This document shows positions 36,671 to 49,800 of a stretch of 64,000 nt of DNA, piece by piece. Within the stretch, counting starts at the first letter, position 1; the number at the start of each line of letters is the position of its first letter. The position numbers and the translations under genes were made by a program. Source of the DNA: Amoebophrya sp. A120 (lineage: Eukaryota; Protista; Dinoflagellata); assembly GCA_905178155.1 (NCBI GenBank), contig CAJINV010000010.1:1926636-1990635 (forward strand), given 5' to 3'. The notes beneath the pieces were generated by a model. It was not told the DNA's origin. It did not search any database and saw only the letters and a list, made by a program, of their open reading frames with translations.

Positions 36671-39558
36671 TCACCCGTAGTACGCCTCCAGTACGGCGGC
36701 GCAGAGTTTCGTCGGTAGTGTGGAAGGGGAAAACCACAAACCAACGCTTGTTCTACTCAATCTTATCACTGGCAAGAAAAGTCTGGTCCTGTGAACATGA
36801 ACTACAAGCACAATTTGCAATAACAGCAATGCCCCATAGTCGCCCTGAAAATATAAATACCTACAGCAGTGATAAAAAAGGGAAAGCGGAGATGTTCGTG
36901 TAAAAAAATCAATATCATAAGATTCCAGTTCAGGTCGTCGGCGAAGGGTGTCACCGCCCCCACCACCGCTTGGCACCGCGCCGGGTCTCCGGTTTTGCAT
37001 GAGTTGTGCCATTGCGCTATCAGCTTCGAGCCCTTGACCTGCGGTAAAATAAAATTTTTGCAGCTTTGTTTGTCATGCTGCAAGAGGGGGGTAAGTCTAA
37101 GTAGGGGTATATTAAAACGCGGGATTTTATTCGTCATGCAGAAACACAAACATGATCAGGAGCAGGTAGAAATGTACAATTAGTCCTAGGGCAGCTAAGC
37201 CACAATACATCTGCATCCTGAGTAAAAACGTACCCACACCAGAGTCAGGATGGGGATTTTGCAACACAAACCTAGGAGTTTTGTGAGCCACGCATGACAA
37301 GTTGCACTATGCAGTGTAGTGCAGGTTAGCAAGTACAGCCGCATCACAGACTCATCTGCTCATCCTGTTCACAGCATCACAAATTCCAAAACACGATTGG
37401 AAATGGCTCTCATGGGGATGCGCATTACAAGTCTTCCTGTCTTTGCAAATCCGCAATACAACTCTGGTGTGGGTACGTTTTTACTCAGGATAATCTGCAT
37501 CACAAAGAGCAACTACAACGATCTGTACCGCGTTTCCCTTCAAAAACTTTCCGAACGTCTCGCACTCTTGCTGCTGGCGCGCGAGTATCCTCTGCAAACG
37601 TATCGTGTTCCTAAGTACTAGTGGCAGCCAAGCATTACAAGTCTTTTTTTTGAGGGGAATCCGCATTACAAATCTTCTTCCCGATGTTGATTAAATTTGT
37701 CATGTGGTTTCTACTAGCTACGATACTTTTGCAATGCGTAGCGAGCTCGTCTGGACTACGACCACTACTGGTCGCTAACAAGGCGATGATGTTCCGGTTC
37801 TTTGTCATGCTGTTTCTGCTGGATAATTCAAGTTTCTCATGCGTCGGCTCCTTCAGTACTAGCCCTTTCTGCTGTCGCAGGTGCTGGATGTACTCGACGT
37901 CCTTCGCACTGTACTTGTATCAAGTGCAAATTATGTCTCGGAGGTCTGGAAAGTTGTCATGCTAAGCTGTGAATATGAAAAATGACACAAACATACTAGA
38001 ATACGCAGCCACGCATGACAGATTTTTCACCGGAGGTCCTGTGGCTGCGTGACACGCATGACAAACTGCGTTTTTGCATGACAAAAAAGCAACGCTAATA
38101 TTTTTCCGCAACATGCATTACAAAGCTCGGAAGTATGTGTATGGAAGCTCAGCATTACAACTTTGCATTCTTGTTCCAGACCCAGAATCTATCTTTGGCT
38201 TTGCAGTTGGTAACTTGCCGCCCGAAACCAATTTTCCGTCCGACTTTCCCCGTAGCTCCTCGTCGCGGGTGAGTGCTTCCTTTTCTAATTTCTGCGAGGA
38301 AGTAGTAGAAGTTTTGCTACTAGTACCGTCATCTTCTGTTGAGTCATTCTTCATGTTTTCGTTTTGCAACTCGTCCAGCGGCACGTATCAACAAAAAAAA
38401 CCATCTTCCACATCCAGCAATTTGGGTATTGTCATGCAGAACATGCATCAAAGGCAGTACCTGCCATGCAGAGACTGGATGGGGATGGGTGTTTTTTTTG
38501 TGGATAGCACATCATACTCCTCGACGACTCGGGACAGTTCGTGGAGAGACGTGCCTGGGATATGTAGAAGTACTGTTTACTTTTTCCTTCAAGGAACTAT
38601 AGATTGGCAAAACTCGTCTCGCGTCTGCGCGTGAACACAATCGTAGATCATATGCCACATCACGCTGTGCAGCTTGATTCACACAAAACGTAGAACTGGT
38701 GCAGGTGTTCACGCAGCCACATGTTGATGTTGTGATCCATTATTTTCATTCCTTATAAGTACCTTTGTTCGCGCCGAGAGATGGTGATTCCGCACGAAAG
38801 AGGAAGCCTTTCCTCTCCTGCTGCGCTTGCACCGCTTTCCCTGTTTTGCCCTCTGCTTTGTGCTGCACGAGCACAGCGCCTTTTGCTGTGGCAGTCGGTA
38901 TTGTGCTGTCCGTCACGAGTTGCATCGTTTGCTTCTTCATTATCCACAGAAGAAGACCCATGCATTCCCATCCATTTTGGTCATGCATGACAAACACAGA
39001 CCTCAAAGCAAATAAATTCTACATGATAAATTGGATGACACTGAGTTGCCTTTTTTTGTGAATAGTCCTCCGCAGTTCCAGATCCCGCTTTCTTTTCTCG
39101 GCTTCCAATTTGAGCGCCTTCGCTTCATCCCCATAGTTGTTGTCGTAGAAGGACTCAAGACTACCAGCGGAAGATGAAGTCTTTAGGGCTCCTCCACCTG
39201 CTGCACTCGCAGTGGAAGACGAAGACGATGATCCTCCGCTGTACAGAAAGTCCTGGAGTTGCTGTGTCAGACTGGTCGCCGCAGTGGGCGCGGGGCCGAC
39301 AGAACTTGACAACAAGTCGACACTAGAAGTTGCTGGTGGTGGATTCTGCAGCAGGGACAACGTAGATGTTTCTGATCTTGTTTCGCTAGGGCCTGATTCC
39401 CCGCCGAGATCTCCGCTAAAAGCTGCATCTGGGACTGCTCCACCCGTCGCGGCTTGGGCGTACAAGTCATCCACCGCAACCTCGGCTGAGACTAGGAGGT
39501 GTTTCACATACGCGGTAGTGCAAGCCAGCAACAGAACTCGTCGAGATGGAGTTGTCAT
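36671..39558 (-). CDS. Unknown protein with signal-peptide-like N-terminus; 3' end uncertain
   Basis: MTTPSRRVLLLACTTAYVKHLLVSAE; 5 introners, with frame continuity checked at 38386 and 38941. Confidence 0.6.
37214..37492. mobile_element. Introner family G (opposite orientation to 27029)
   Basis: Same TIR, left end CAT; TSD atctg/atctg. Confidence 0.92.
37586..37740. mobile_element. Introner family A (right end GTA)
   Basis: TSD gcgag/gcgag. Confidence 0.9.
37918..38212. mobile_element. Introner family B (diverged, right end GTA)
   Basis: TSD acttg/acttg. Confidence 0.88.
38386..38506. mobile_element. Introner family H
   Basis: TATCAACAAAAAAAACCATC...GATGGGTGTTTTTTTTGTGGATA; TSD gcacg/gcaca. 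Confidence 0.9.
38941..39064. mobile_element. Introner family H-like (diverged)
   Basis: TATCCACAGAAGAAG...CTTTTTTTGTGAATA; TSD 3/5 (ttcat/gtcct); frame preserved. Confidence 0.75.
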
Positions 39559-42492
39559 CGTAAAGGAGGACAAGGTACCTTTCTTCGCGGAGAGGCAGGG
39601 TGGGGCCGCCTGGCGGCCCCGGGCGGCACACTCGGCGGAAGTCCTCACAATGTTGACTTGGGCTGCATGATGAGATATCCTTCAACAAAAATGTTGTTAC
39701 TTATGGTTGCTTCGGATCACTACCTGCTAGTGTACTGATCAAAATTCATACCCAAAGCGAAAAATCGGCTTGACCAGGCGGTAGCGCAAAATCGCAAGAA
39801 CAGGCGTTGAGCTGGACCAGCAGATCACCATACCTTCCTTTCCCAAGGAGAAGAACTCCATCAACTCTCAGAAACTCTGACCACTCGTCTCCCACGTGGT
39901 CTTCTGCGGCTCTGTAGCTGTACCAATATGAAGATGCAACTACGTACTTACTGATCATACCAACCTCATTGCATCTCGCTGTCGCTGCCACTTCTCTCAT
40001 CTTGCTAAAAACAGATTCTCATACTGATTCTTCTCTCAGAGCTGACGCTCCTTTTTGTGATTTTCTATGGTGCATCTCAGTGGTCCTTGTAGAACAAGGC
40101 TGCAGCTGATGCACCATCAGCGGACAGCTTCGCTCCCTTGTGCAAGAAGACTAACAGAGTCTGCGTCCGGCTGGCGATAACGCTTTATTGTTCAGAGTAC
40201 AACCAAGTGCAAGAACGATAAACAAAGAAAAACCTCCTCATTCAGAGTACGCGAAAAATAAAGTTCACGAACAAGAAGACACAGAAAGATGTCGAGGACC
40301 TCGACCACACGATGAGATATGAAATCGTATCAAAACAGCACAACACGGGATGAAGATGAGTGTTACAAAACGAAGAACAGTGGGGAAGAAGATTCTTGTT
40401 TGTAGTGGGACAAAAAAGCAGCTGTGGTTTGGCTTCGGTTGTCATCAGAAAGTAGGCGCAGAATAAATATATTTCTTTCAAGAACTATTTGCAGGAGCTT
40501 GTACAGAAGTGGTTGTAGTGGTAAGTATCCGTGGAGCAATAGAATCTTTGAAAAGCAGCGTTGTACTTCTGTCAGTCGAGCAAAGCCACCTATCAAGAAT
40601 TATTGCCTCCATAGCAGCGCACTACAAATGCAGAGTCCTCTCGACCCTTCTGAAAGTGCTCCACAACCGCTTTGAGGAGTGCTTGTTGGGTCTTATTCAA
40701 AAATTTTGATAAAATGCTGCAGCCAGCGTGGTCTCTTCTACACGAGCAGCGCATAGCCCTCGTCCTGAAGTTGAAGATCAGAGAGGAGTCAGAAGATAAG
40801 TGAAAAAAAACGATTTCTAGTTGTAGCGGTATTTTTATCCATTGCTGAAACGAACTTGATTTTCCTTCAGCAGGAGACACGTTTGGTTATCATTCCTGCT
40901 GGTGCTGGTCGCCAGATCCTATAAAAGCAAACACTGCCACAGCTGCCCTCCAAGCAAACTGAGAGGCGTGCTTGTTGTGTTGTCCATATACTGGGGTTAA
41001 ACTTTCTTTCTAGGACGACGTTGAGAGGAAAGCAAAAAATGCACAACAGAGTACTGTACGTCTTTTGCTTCTTTGCAGGCCATATCACAGGCATGCAGGC
41101 CGTATCGCAGGCCTGAGGTTTATTTCTAGCGGGAAATTGTTTGTATTTGCGTGCTGTCTTTGCTATGTCTATCAGCTTGCGTATCGATCGCCCTTTAGCT
41201 TTACATAGTATTCTAGGAAAATTAATGCTACCTACAAAAATATTGGGGCTGCTTTTTTAAGTTGTGCGCCTGCGCGCACCAAAACATCATTAAAAATAAA
41301 AAGGCGTCGAGCTACCAAGGACCTTTCTTCATAAAAAGTAGCGAAACATCGACTCACCATCTCATCCTGCAGTGCGGGAGTAGCGACTCTGACGTTCTCT
41401 TCTAGCAGCTCGACCTTCCTCAGTGTACTAGGTGGTACGCTACGGGGTCCTCTTCTACAACTTTCCGCAAAATTTACTATTCAACATTTTGGAATTGGAT
41501 TAGGATTATTTACATCTGCCGCCCTTTCACAATCATCACGAGCCCTCGTCGGGCAACCAACTCTATTTTTATCGTTTAGTAGTACTATCACACTTCTAGC
41601 TGCAAATAAAGCTTGTTTTTTCCATCAAGAAGAACAAACGCGTATCGCTTTATTACATTTTTTTTTTGGTCGCTAGTTAATGTACTTCTTTGTCGGGGCC
41701 AAACTATCACATCCGAAACCACTCAGATTGTCAACATTCTGCAGTGTCGTGCCTCCATAGAATAATATTTGAATTTATGCTTAAAATCACTATACCTTTT
41801 CTGCACGAAGAGAATGAAAGCTTTTTTGTCTTTGCTTGTTTTCCACACAATATGTAAGTCTCTAAGTACGACTGCACACCACCAATCCTACTGCTGCACC
41901 GTGCGATGACGGGAAAATGAAAGCGTCGCAGGAGCGTCTCATCACCGCGGGTGCAACAGCAAAAATAGTGGCGGTTGTTTGTCGTCTTGATTGTTCGTAG
42001 ATGGGATTAGTAAAAACCATGTTGAATCCGTGTAGCTTTGTTGTCGTTATTGAAGCCCATACAATTATACTTCTTCTAAAAATTGCAGCTTTCCTGGTGC
42101 TGTAAAGAGATACCCTAACCTTCGAGAAGTCGCCTAAAACCTATTTATCGTCTTTACCTGCCGCAAGAACTTGCTCTGCAGACGGGACGAGCAGTGTTCC
42201 TACTATTCATCCCGCTGGCATGATGTTCTGACTACTGCACAGCGTCGTTTCGGTCGTGCCTATTCCTGCTGGCAGGCCCCCTTAGTGCAATCCTGATCCT
42301 CTACACAAGAACTTAGTTCAGCTATAATAGTGCGTCAACTACATCTGTCTCCTTGGTATACATCGAGTTCGAAAGTTTCATCGAGCTTTTTGCTTTTCGC
42401 TTTTTTTTTCTTCATTTGACGGTAATTGTAGTAAAGTACAGTGTAAGTTTCAACTACAAAGGATCTCCTTCAGTTCGAGTGAGTACATCCTA

Positions 42493-44653
42493 TCAAACAA
42501 AGGGTCTCCTGCGTGGTGGAATCCTATCAGTGCGAGTCAATACAACGAGTTCTGCGTCTTCCTCGATAGCATCTTGTAGTGCTGGCTGTATGTTGTAAGT
42601 ACTTGTACTTCGGGCGGTGGTCGTGTAAGAAACTCCTTCTGTGGTCCCAGTTTTTTGCTCTTTCATTCCCCGTGTAGAAGTACTCGCTTTATTCAAATCG
42701 GAGCTCGTGGTCCTTCTCCGGTAAAAAACTTCGACTGTTTCGTGGCACTGCTTCTTCTAGAGTTAATAGAGTAACACGGGGCGGAGGTAAGTAGCTGAGT
42801 AGTACTTGCAACAGCGCAGATGTGGAACATAACAAGCGGCTTTTTATCCGGTCAACGCCGCGCCCCGCTGCTGGTAGCCCATCTGGTTCGTACCCGGGTA
42901 ATATCGAGTGCAAATATCCATCTGGGTCTGGGAGAAGATTGCAAGACCTGTCATGCTGATTTTCCATGATGGCTCATGAGGTCTCGCATATTACCAGGCC
43001 AAGCATCACAGATTCATCTGTGCTGAGATCTCGATCATGCCTCTTCTACATGAGAAACTGCCTCGCAAAGAGAAGATCAAAAGTGATCTACTATCATGCG
43101 ACATAGATTTTATTTTTAGCAGTCCAGCCTTAGCATGACAAGTTCCACTCTTTGAGACGCAAACATATTTGCAGTGCCTAGGTAGGGGTTCATGGGTTGG
43201 CAGTGCACGTGGCCGCTCGCCACCTTTGCCGGGACAGTCGGGTCGCCATTGGTTGTCGCGTCCTATGCATTGCAAAAGTATCGCCGTTACTTCTACTTGT
43301 ACAAGTTGCATTACAAATTTTCTCAGCATGAAGAATCAAGTTTCTCATGCTGAATTATCTTGGGGGGCTTATTTGTTATGCATATAATCCGCATCAGAAA
43401 TTAGTAGTACGATACATTTGCAATTGATACGTCCACCTGGAGGCTGATGTGGCTCAGGTTCACGCACAGCTGATCGCCACAGGACATTTTGAAGGGCTCT
43501 TTGGGGAGGGTCATCAGGTTCTCGAAAGACTCGTCGGTCGCAAAAATGAAAGCAAGAACTCGGTTGACGTAGGTGATACCTTTTTGAATCGTGAAAGATT
43601 TGAGGATTGGAAAAAAATAGTGTTGGATAAAATTCCTCCCAACGTCGCACTCATGAAGCGCAGATGAAGGTGGGACCAAAGGCAGGATGACAAACTCAAA
43701 ATAAAAATTATTTTGAGTTAAGAAGGGATAGCCAAAAATATCATGATCATCATGCAATAAAAAAGTTGATCTAGAAGCGGTTCGTAGTTTGAAGAGTACT
43801 TTCATATGCTTCCCCCGGCTTGATCATCTTGATGGCGGCTTGCGCATCATCTTTTGTGACATCCCCGTTATGCAGTGCAAAAGTGTCGTACTCGTATAAA
43901 TGCATTACAAATTTCATCAGCATCTGAAATAAAATTTGTAATGCTGATCTACCTCAAGAAAAAGATTTGTATGTAATGCACAATTGCAATACGAGTGCGG
44001 TACTTTTGCACAGGATACCCGTACCAATAGACGCATTTCGAGTCTTCGCCCAAAACTGGGTCATCGCCTTTGTGGATACCTTTTGGATTTGGATCGAGTT
44101 GTATTCATTAAGTACGCATGACAGATTCGCCTGTCTTGCACATGTCGTTTTTTCAAACCAAATATTCCCTCTATACCTCTCGCCAAGTGTTCCAGCACGT
44201 TCTGTAGTGAATCCGGTGTGGCAAATATCCAAGGGAAAAACACCATCACATTCAGACTTTTGCAAATTATTTTGCATTAAGATATAAAAAAATTCCAAGA
44301 CAGAAAAATTTTTGTAGTATTGCAGCAGCATAAGACTGTGACGGATTTTCGCGCATGAAAAAAATGATTGTATAAATGCAGAAATGTGCAAGATTGATTG
44401 GGATCGTGTTCTTATGTTGCGTAGCAAAGAATTCGCTGGCCCTTGGGTGCGCGTACCTTGTCCACGCTTCGACACAGGCTTTCAAGGCCTCTTCATCTCG
44501 GGGTAGGAAGTCCTGCAGCCGTCTTTTCGAGGTGCTGTGGCTCTTGTTTTGCTGTACAGCAGGGTTACCAGTTTCGTTGGAGGTCTTACTGTTGTTCGAG
44601 TTCAGATTCGAACTCGCGGAGGCCCTGTTGAATGTGCGAAAACGAAACTTCAT
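42493..44653 (-). CDS. Unknown multi-exon protein; start uncertain
   Basis: Coding blocks separated by 3 introners (e.g. NASIGTG|DVTKDDAQ, PTHEPL|PGYEPD) and GT-AG introns. Confidence 0.6.
42902..43180. mobile_element. Introner family B (right end CTA)
   Basis: TSD ggtaa/ggtag. Confidence 0.88.
43264..43429. mobile_element. Introner family A
   Basis: TSD cgtcc/cgtcc. Confidence 0.92.
43869..44017. mobile_element. Introner family A
   Basis: TSD cccgt/cccgt. Confidence 0.92.
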
Positions 44654-46831
44654 TTTGTACGTACAAGTACAACTACATTGAACTCTACAAAATCGCGAAA
44701 TAATCCAACGAATACGTAAAACCGGTAGCCACGAACTGCAGCTCCGTATTCGATTTTCACCGAATCGTACCGGGGCTAGCAAATGAAAAAATTTACAGAA
44801 TCGATACTTTTTTTTGTCTGGTTTATCTTGCTTGCCACCCCACAGGTCCTGCAATACGCTCAAAGGGTTTTCGGAGCAGGCACGGCGCTATGCAGGGAAA
44901 ATGCAGTTTGTATTTTTGCAGACACCTTTTAAAGGCAGCTGTTGCTTTTGTTTTAGAGAGGGAAGAGGAGCATGACAACATTGCAAAAGACGGCTTAGTC
45001 AAGAGCTCTTGCAGTGAAATCATACAGATCATGCGCAACAAGAATCATACGAAGCTGACTGCAGTCAGCCTCAGACGTCAACATCTCGTCTTGTGGGACG
45101 ACCATGCTTGTTCGTGTGCTCCTGCTGGCCCATATCGCCAAGCAAAAGCGAAATCGCGACAGTAGCTGCTGCAACAACACTGCACTTTCCGAGGATACAC
45201 ACGAGAGGAACGGCATTTTGTGGTAAACAAAAAATCGAAATCAGCGTAGAATTCTCCTGCAGTCAGCGCCGTGGAGACAAGAAGAACAGAAAGGAGAGGC
45301 GCGGTTCCGCTCCCGGTCGATTCTTCATAAATAAAAGTATAAATGGAAGAGTAATTGATCTTATTTTCTTAGACTTTGTATCTTCGCAGCTAAAAACAAT
45401 TCTATTCGTTGTCTTTCAATACTACAACAACTTCTGCAACTCTATTGTATTGAGTTCCCCGAAACCGAATACAACGCCTGTGAACGCTAAGCGTGTGTCC
45501 TACTGGTGGTCGCGCCGTCAAAATTAGATTACAATCGAATCAGTAGTGACAGCCTTTACAACGAGTACGAAGGAAATAACGAAATATCTCTTTTATGTTA
45601 CAGGGAGTTGGCCTGCTAGATGGACTTTATTTCTGTACTTTGAGGTGGAGTTAGAAACGCTGACATAAACAGGCTAAAGGCAATCTTGCCTTGCTCGTTC
45701 TTTAGATCGACACATCTTGCTGATGCTGATCTAGATCCCGTGATGCGCCAGTAGGGCGCACCCGTGCACGTGTCCTCTGTGTGAACAGATCATCACATCA
45801 ACAGGCAATATAGTGTAGATTGAAAACCTACTAGTACCACAACGCTACTTCTACAATTGTTTGTAAATACCCAGGAAACTGCTCTCGCGCCCTAGGTCGG
45901 TGTCGCGTGCGGCGCCGGGCGCAAAAGGACAAGCCCAAGCGATGAAATACAAAACCGGAGCAAAGGTGCAGGCTCCCGACGATTGAAAAGAGCGAGCCCA
46001 CCTATGTCTGAGGGCCAGCCAACAGTGATGGACCCGAGGAACGCGCTGGAAGTCAGAGAGCGAAAACAGGCACGGCGGAACAATCCGAACAAAAAATATC
46101 GGGGCAACACGACAGGCCACCAGCCTGTGCGCAACTCTCCTCCGGGAGCTCGGCGCGTGGGCCCGGCACCCGGAAGTGGTGCGCAGGCACACACGACGCA
46201 CGGGCACGGACTCCTGGTTGCAGTTTTATGTCATCTGCCCCGCACACTATGTATTCAGAGGCACCAAACGCTGCGAGACCTTCTTGAAATATTTGCATGG
46301 AACAAGCGATAATTGCAACACTCACCACACTAAGCACCTCTACTTCGAACAATCTCAACAGCCCTGCTGCGTTTGCACCACTTTGATCATCTCTGTCTGC
46401 TCTGAAAATCAACACTTTTGCAATTTTTTCATCTCTTTCGATGTCGAATAACTACTTAAACTGCGAAGAGAGCAGAGCGCGAGGGCGATTCTTATGAACT
46501 TTCTCAAACACCATCAATTAAATTCACTGACACGGATAAAGTGGTCCTTGCAATCCGTTGTTGACAGTGAAACAACATCCAACACACAACAAGAATCAAC
46601 GCCACGGATCAATCTGGTATGGGAGCTGTACCAAGCTGAATGACCACGGACTCGGCGGACTCTTATCTTCTCGATAGCTGTATCTATGTATGATCTGCAA
46701 TGTGGTTCTTTTGAGTACTCTGCGATTCTTGCGAACGACCGTGCATATTCGTATGAGGCCGCATGAGGACACCCATTCCCATCATGTTAATCTCTACAAC
46801 TTTTCACAGTTCCTCTCCTCGGTCGTGGCGA

Positions 46832-49800
46832 TCACTTCTTCACCCCCGCATGATCACCACCAGCGCCATCCGCAATCTCCACGACTTGTTCGGGAATGAT
46901 TTTCATCAGATCGGACTTCCCTTTTGCGTCGGCAGCTGCGTCAGGGTCTATCTCCACTTCCTTTTCCGGCTGCGCAGCATCCTCGCTTTGTTCCGATTTG
47001 TCTTTCGCAGATTCGTAGTCTTGCTCCCGCTGCTCGTCTTTCGCGATATCTTCCCCGGTAACGCGATCTATCTTCTTGTCTTTATCATCGTCTTTCGTGT
47101 CAGCCTTGTCGGCATCCTTGTTGTGCTCTTTTTCTCGGTACGGCTTCCATGTCTTGGCGGGGTGTTCGTCTTTTTTACTTCTAGCGGAATCAGCTTCACC
47201 GTCGCGCTCGTGGTGCTCCTCCTCCTCATCATGATGTTGGTCTTCGCCTTTATCTTTTTCAGCGACCTTGTCAGATGATTTGTCCGGTTTCTTCTCCTCC
47301 TCGTCTTGCTCGGGAGTACTAGCCCCTTTTTTCTCATGCTCGCCTCCGCCAACCGCGCTTTCCGCTTTTTCCTTTTGCTCCTTGACTTCCTTTTTCAGGT
47401 CTTTCAGGTCGTCTTTCAACTCTCTCCGTTCCTGTTTCCACTCTTCGCGTTCTTTTTTCAGAAGCTCTAACTCCGTTTCCACCGGGCTCAGCTTCTCCTT
47501 CACTGCCTTCTGCCGTTCCTTATGCGATGCAAAAGCATCGAACACTTACACTAGTAGTACTTGCATGACAGATTTGTCCAAAAAAAAATATTGAACTTGT
47601 TATGCAAAGTAAGATAAAAGAGCAGATCTGTCATGCTGCGAGACCTGTATCTATACGACGATTACGATGCTTTTGCATTGCATATTCCTTTTCGGCCTGC
47701 AATTCCTTCTCCAGCTCTGCTTCCCTCGCGTGCTGCCGCTTGTAGTCCCGTGCGACCATGTTGTCAATCTGCTTCTGTTATGCATTGCAAAAGTATCGTA
47801 CTAGTATGAATTGCATCACAAAGTTTGTCAAGAAGAAAAATGCAATTTGTAATGCTGTTTTACCTTAGGAGGAAGATTTGTCATGCATGTTTGCAACTAG
47901 TACGAGTACGATACTTTTGCAATGCATATCTGCGCCGTCATCATTAGGTCGCCCGAGGGCAGCTCGATGCGCAAGTCGCTGGCGTCAATGTCCTCGTCTT
48001 TCGAGCCCGCGCCACCGGTCACCGACCCCTGCTTCAGAGCCTGTTGCACCCTCGGGTACTCGTTTTCCAGTGCGTTGGTGATGGCCGGTATCCACAGTAA
48101 ATTTTCCGTACACGTACAAATGTGGTTTCTGCATGACAAAACTTGCCTTCAATCCTAGTGCAGCATGACAAGCTGGGCTCTGCAAGGAAGCGAAATTTGT
48201 CATGCATTTTGTTTTTGTACATGCACAGGAATAAATTTACGTTGCATAGCCGGGTCCTTTTCTTCCATGTTCGCCTGCTCCCCCTGGAACCAGGAAGGCA
48301 CTTTCCGGGCACGGAAAGTTGTTGAACTCGCAGTGCCCCTGTCTCCGGCGCCGCCCGCGGCGGTGGGGGTGGGGGCAGGGGAAGGATTAGCATCGGTCGG
48401 CGGGGCAGATTTTTCTGGCGCGGGTGAAGATGTTGTACTAGTAGCACCATCTTCTGTAGCACCATGCTCATCATGATCTGCATCCTCCTCCCAGCCTTCA
48501 TGGTCTTCATGCTCGTGTTCGTGCTCCTCGCCTTCGTCCTCTCCGCCTTCGTGCCACTCGTGGTCCTCCCCACCGTCGTCGTGTTCATGCTCATCCTCCG
48601 CCGCGCCCCCGTCCTCGCCTTTCTGCAAAACGGAACTTGGTCGATTGCTAGAGCTCCTGCTCCGTGTTTGAGGTCCGCTTGTTCTCCCCTTTCTTCGCTT
48701 CGCCCTGGCGGTTCTTGTGGCATGAGACGGGCCTGTATGTAAAGACGGGGAGGAGCTCTTACGCGCCTGCAGCTTGTTATGGATGTGTCAGAGTTGAAAT
48801 CGACAAAGTTGAAATAATTTGCCATGCATAAAATGGATGCCAGTTGGAACCCACTTTCTAAGTGGCGCATGACAAATCTTGGCGGCCCTTAAATCCAGTT
48901 TGTCGTGCTGTTTAGGCAAAGAAGAGCGATTTTCTCATGCTACTTTAGCAGCTCGAGCTGTAACCCCAAACAGGCTTACAATCGGCCTCACTTGCCTGCT
49001 CTGCAACGCACATACCTCGGGTCATGCATTTTATGCATTACAAATTATTTCAACTTTGACGATTTCAAACCTGACGCTTCCATACTTGTGCAGTACCTCT
49101 CGCCGATCATCGTCTGTTTCTGCGGTATATCAAATGTAAAAATGTCTGGGTCTGGAAAATTCTAAACTTGTCATGCTGTCTCTGGATTCCAGAAAAGTTT
49201 GTATTGCATGACCAGCAAAAGGCCTCCAGTTTGTGCTACGTGGAGAGGGCATTTCTCATGCGGTAGAGGCATCGCAAAGTCTTCTAAAAATCTGTGATGC
49301 TAGGGCATGCATCACAGACATCATGGGTAATTCAAAACATGCATGACAAACCTGGCAATCTTCCAGACCCAGACATTTTTGCATTTGATACGGTATCCTG
49401 GTCGTCGTCCCCATCACTGTCAGGTAGCGGCCCATCCCCGTCGTCCGCACTTCTGTCTACTTCCGTAAATGAACTGCCCTCGATGTCACCATGATCCGGT
49501 AAGTTCCTAGTTTTTTTCTTGTTCTGCCCCTTTGTAGTTCTCCGGAGACTCGGTTTTACAACGTGGCGCAGCTGCATTTCATCCGGACCACCAACTCCGC
49601 CTCTAGTACTCAACCTTTCGTGTCCGCGATGCCTCGGCGCGGTGGAAGCAGATCTGGTAGTGCTGTCGCCGTAGAAGAAATCTTCTTGATCAACATCATC
49701 TGCATGACGTAGTCCATCTCCTGTGCTGTCAGCAAGTTGCAAACTACTCGCGGCTGACGGTCCCGCCGGAAGGTTCCTGTCAGATGAAGTCGTGTCGCCG

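Noticed and set aside
39700-42400. Genes or a transposase in this gap
   Set aside because: Only short ORFs without recognisable motifs; no TIR or TSD found by eye.
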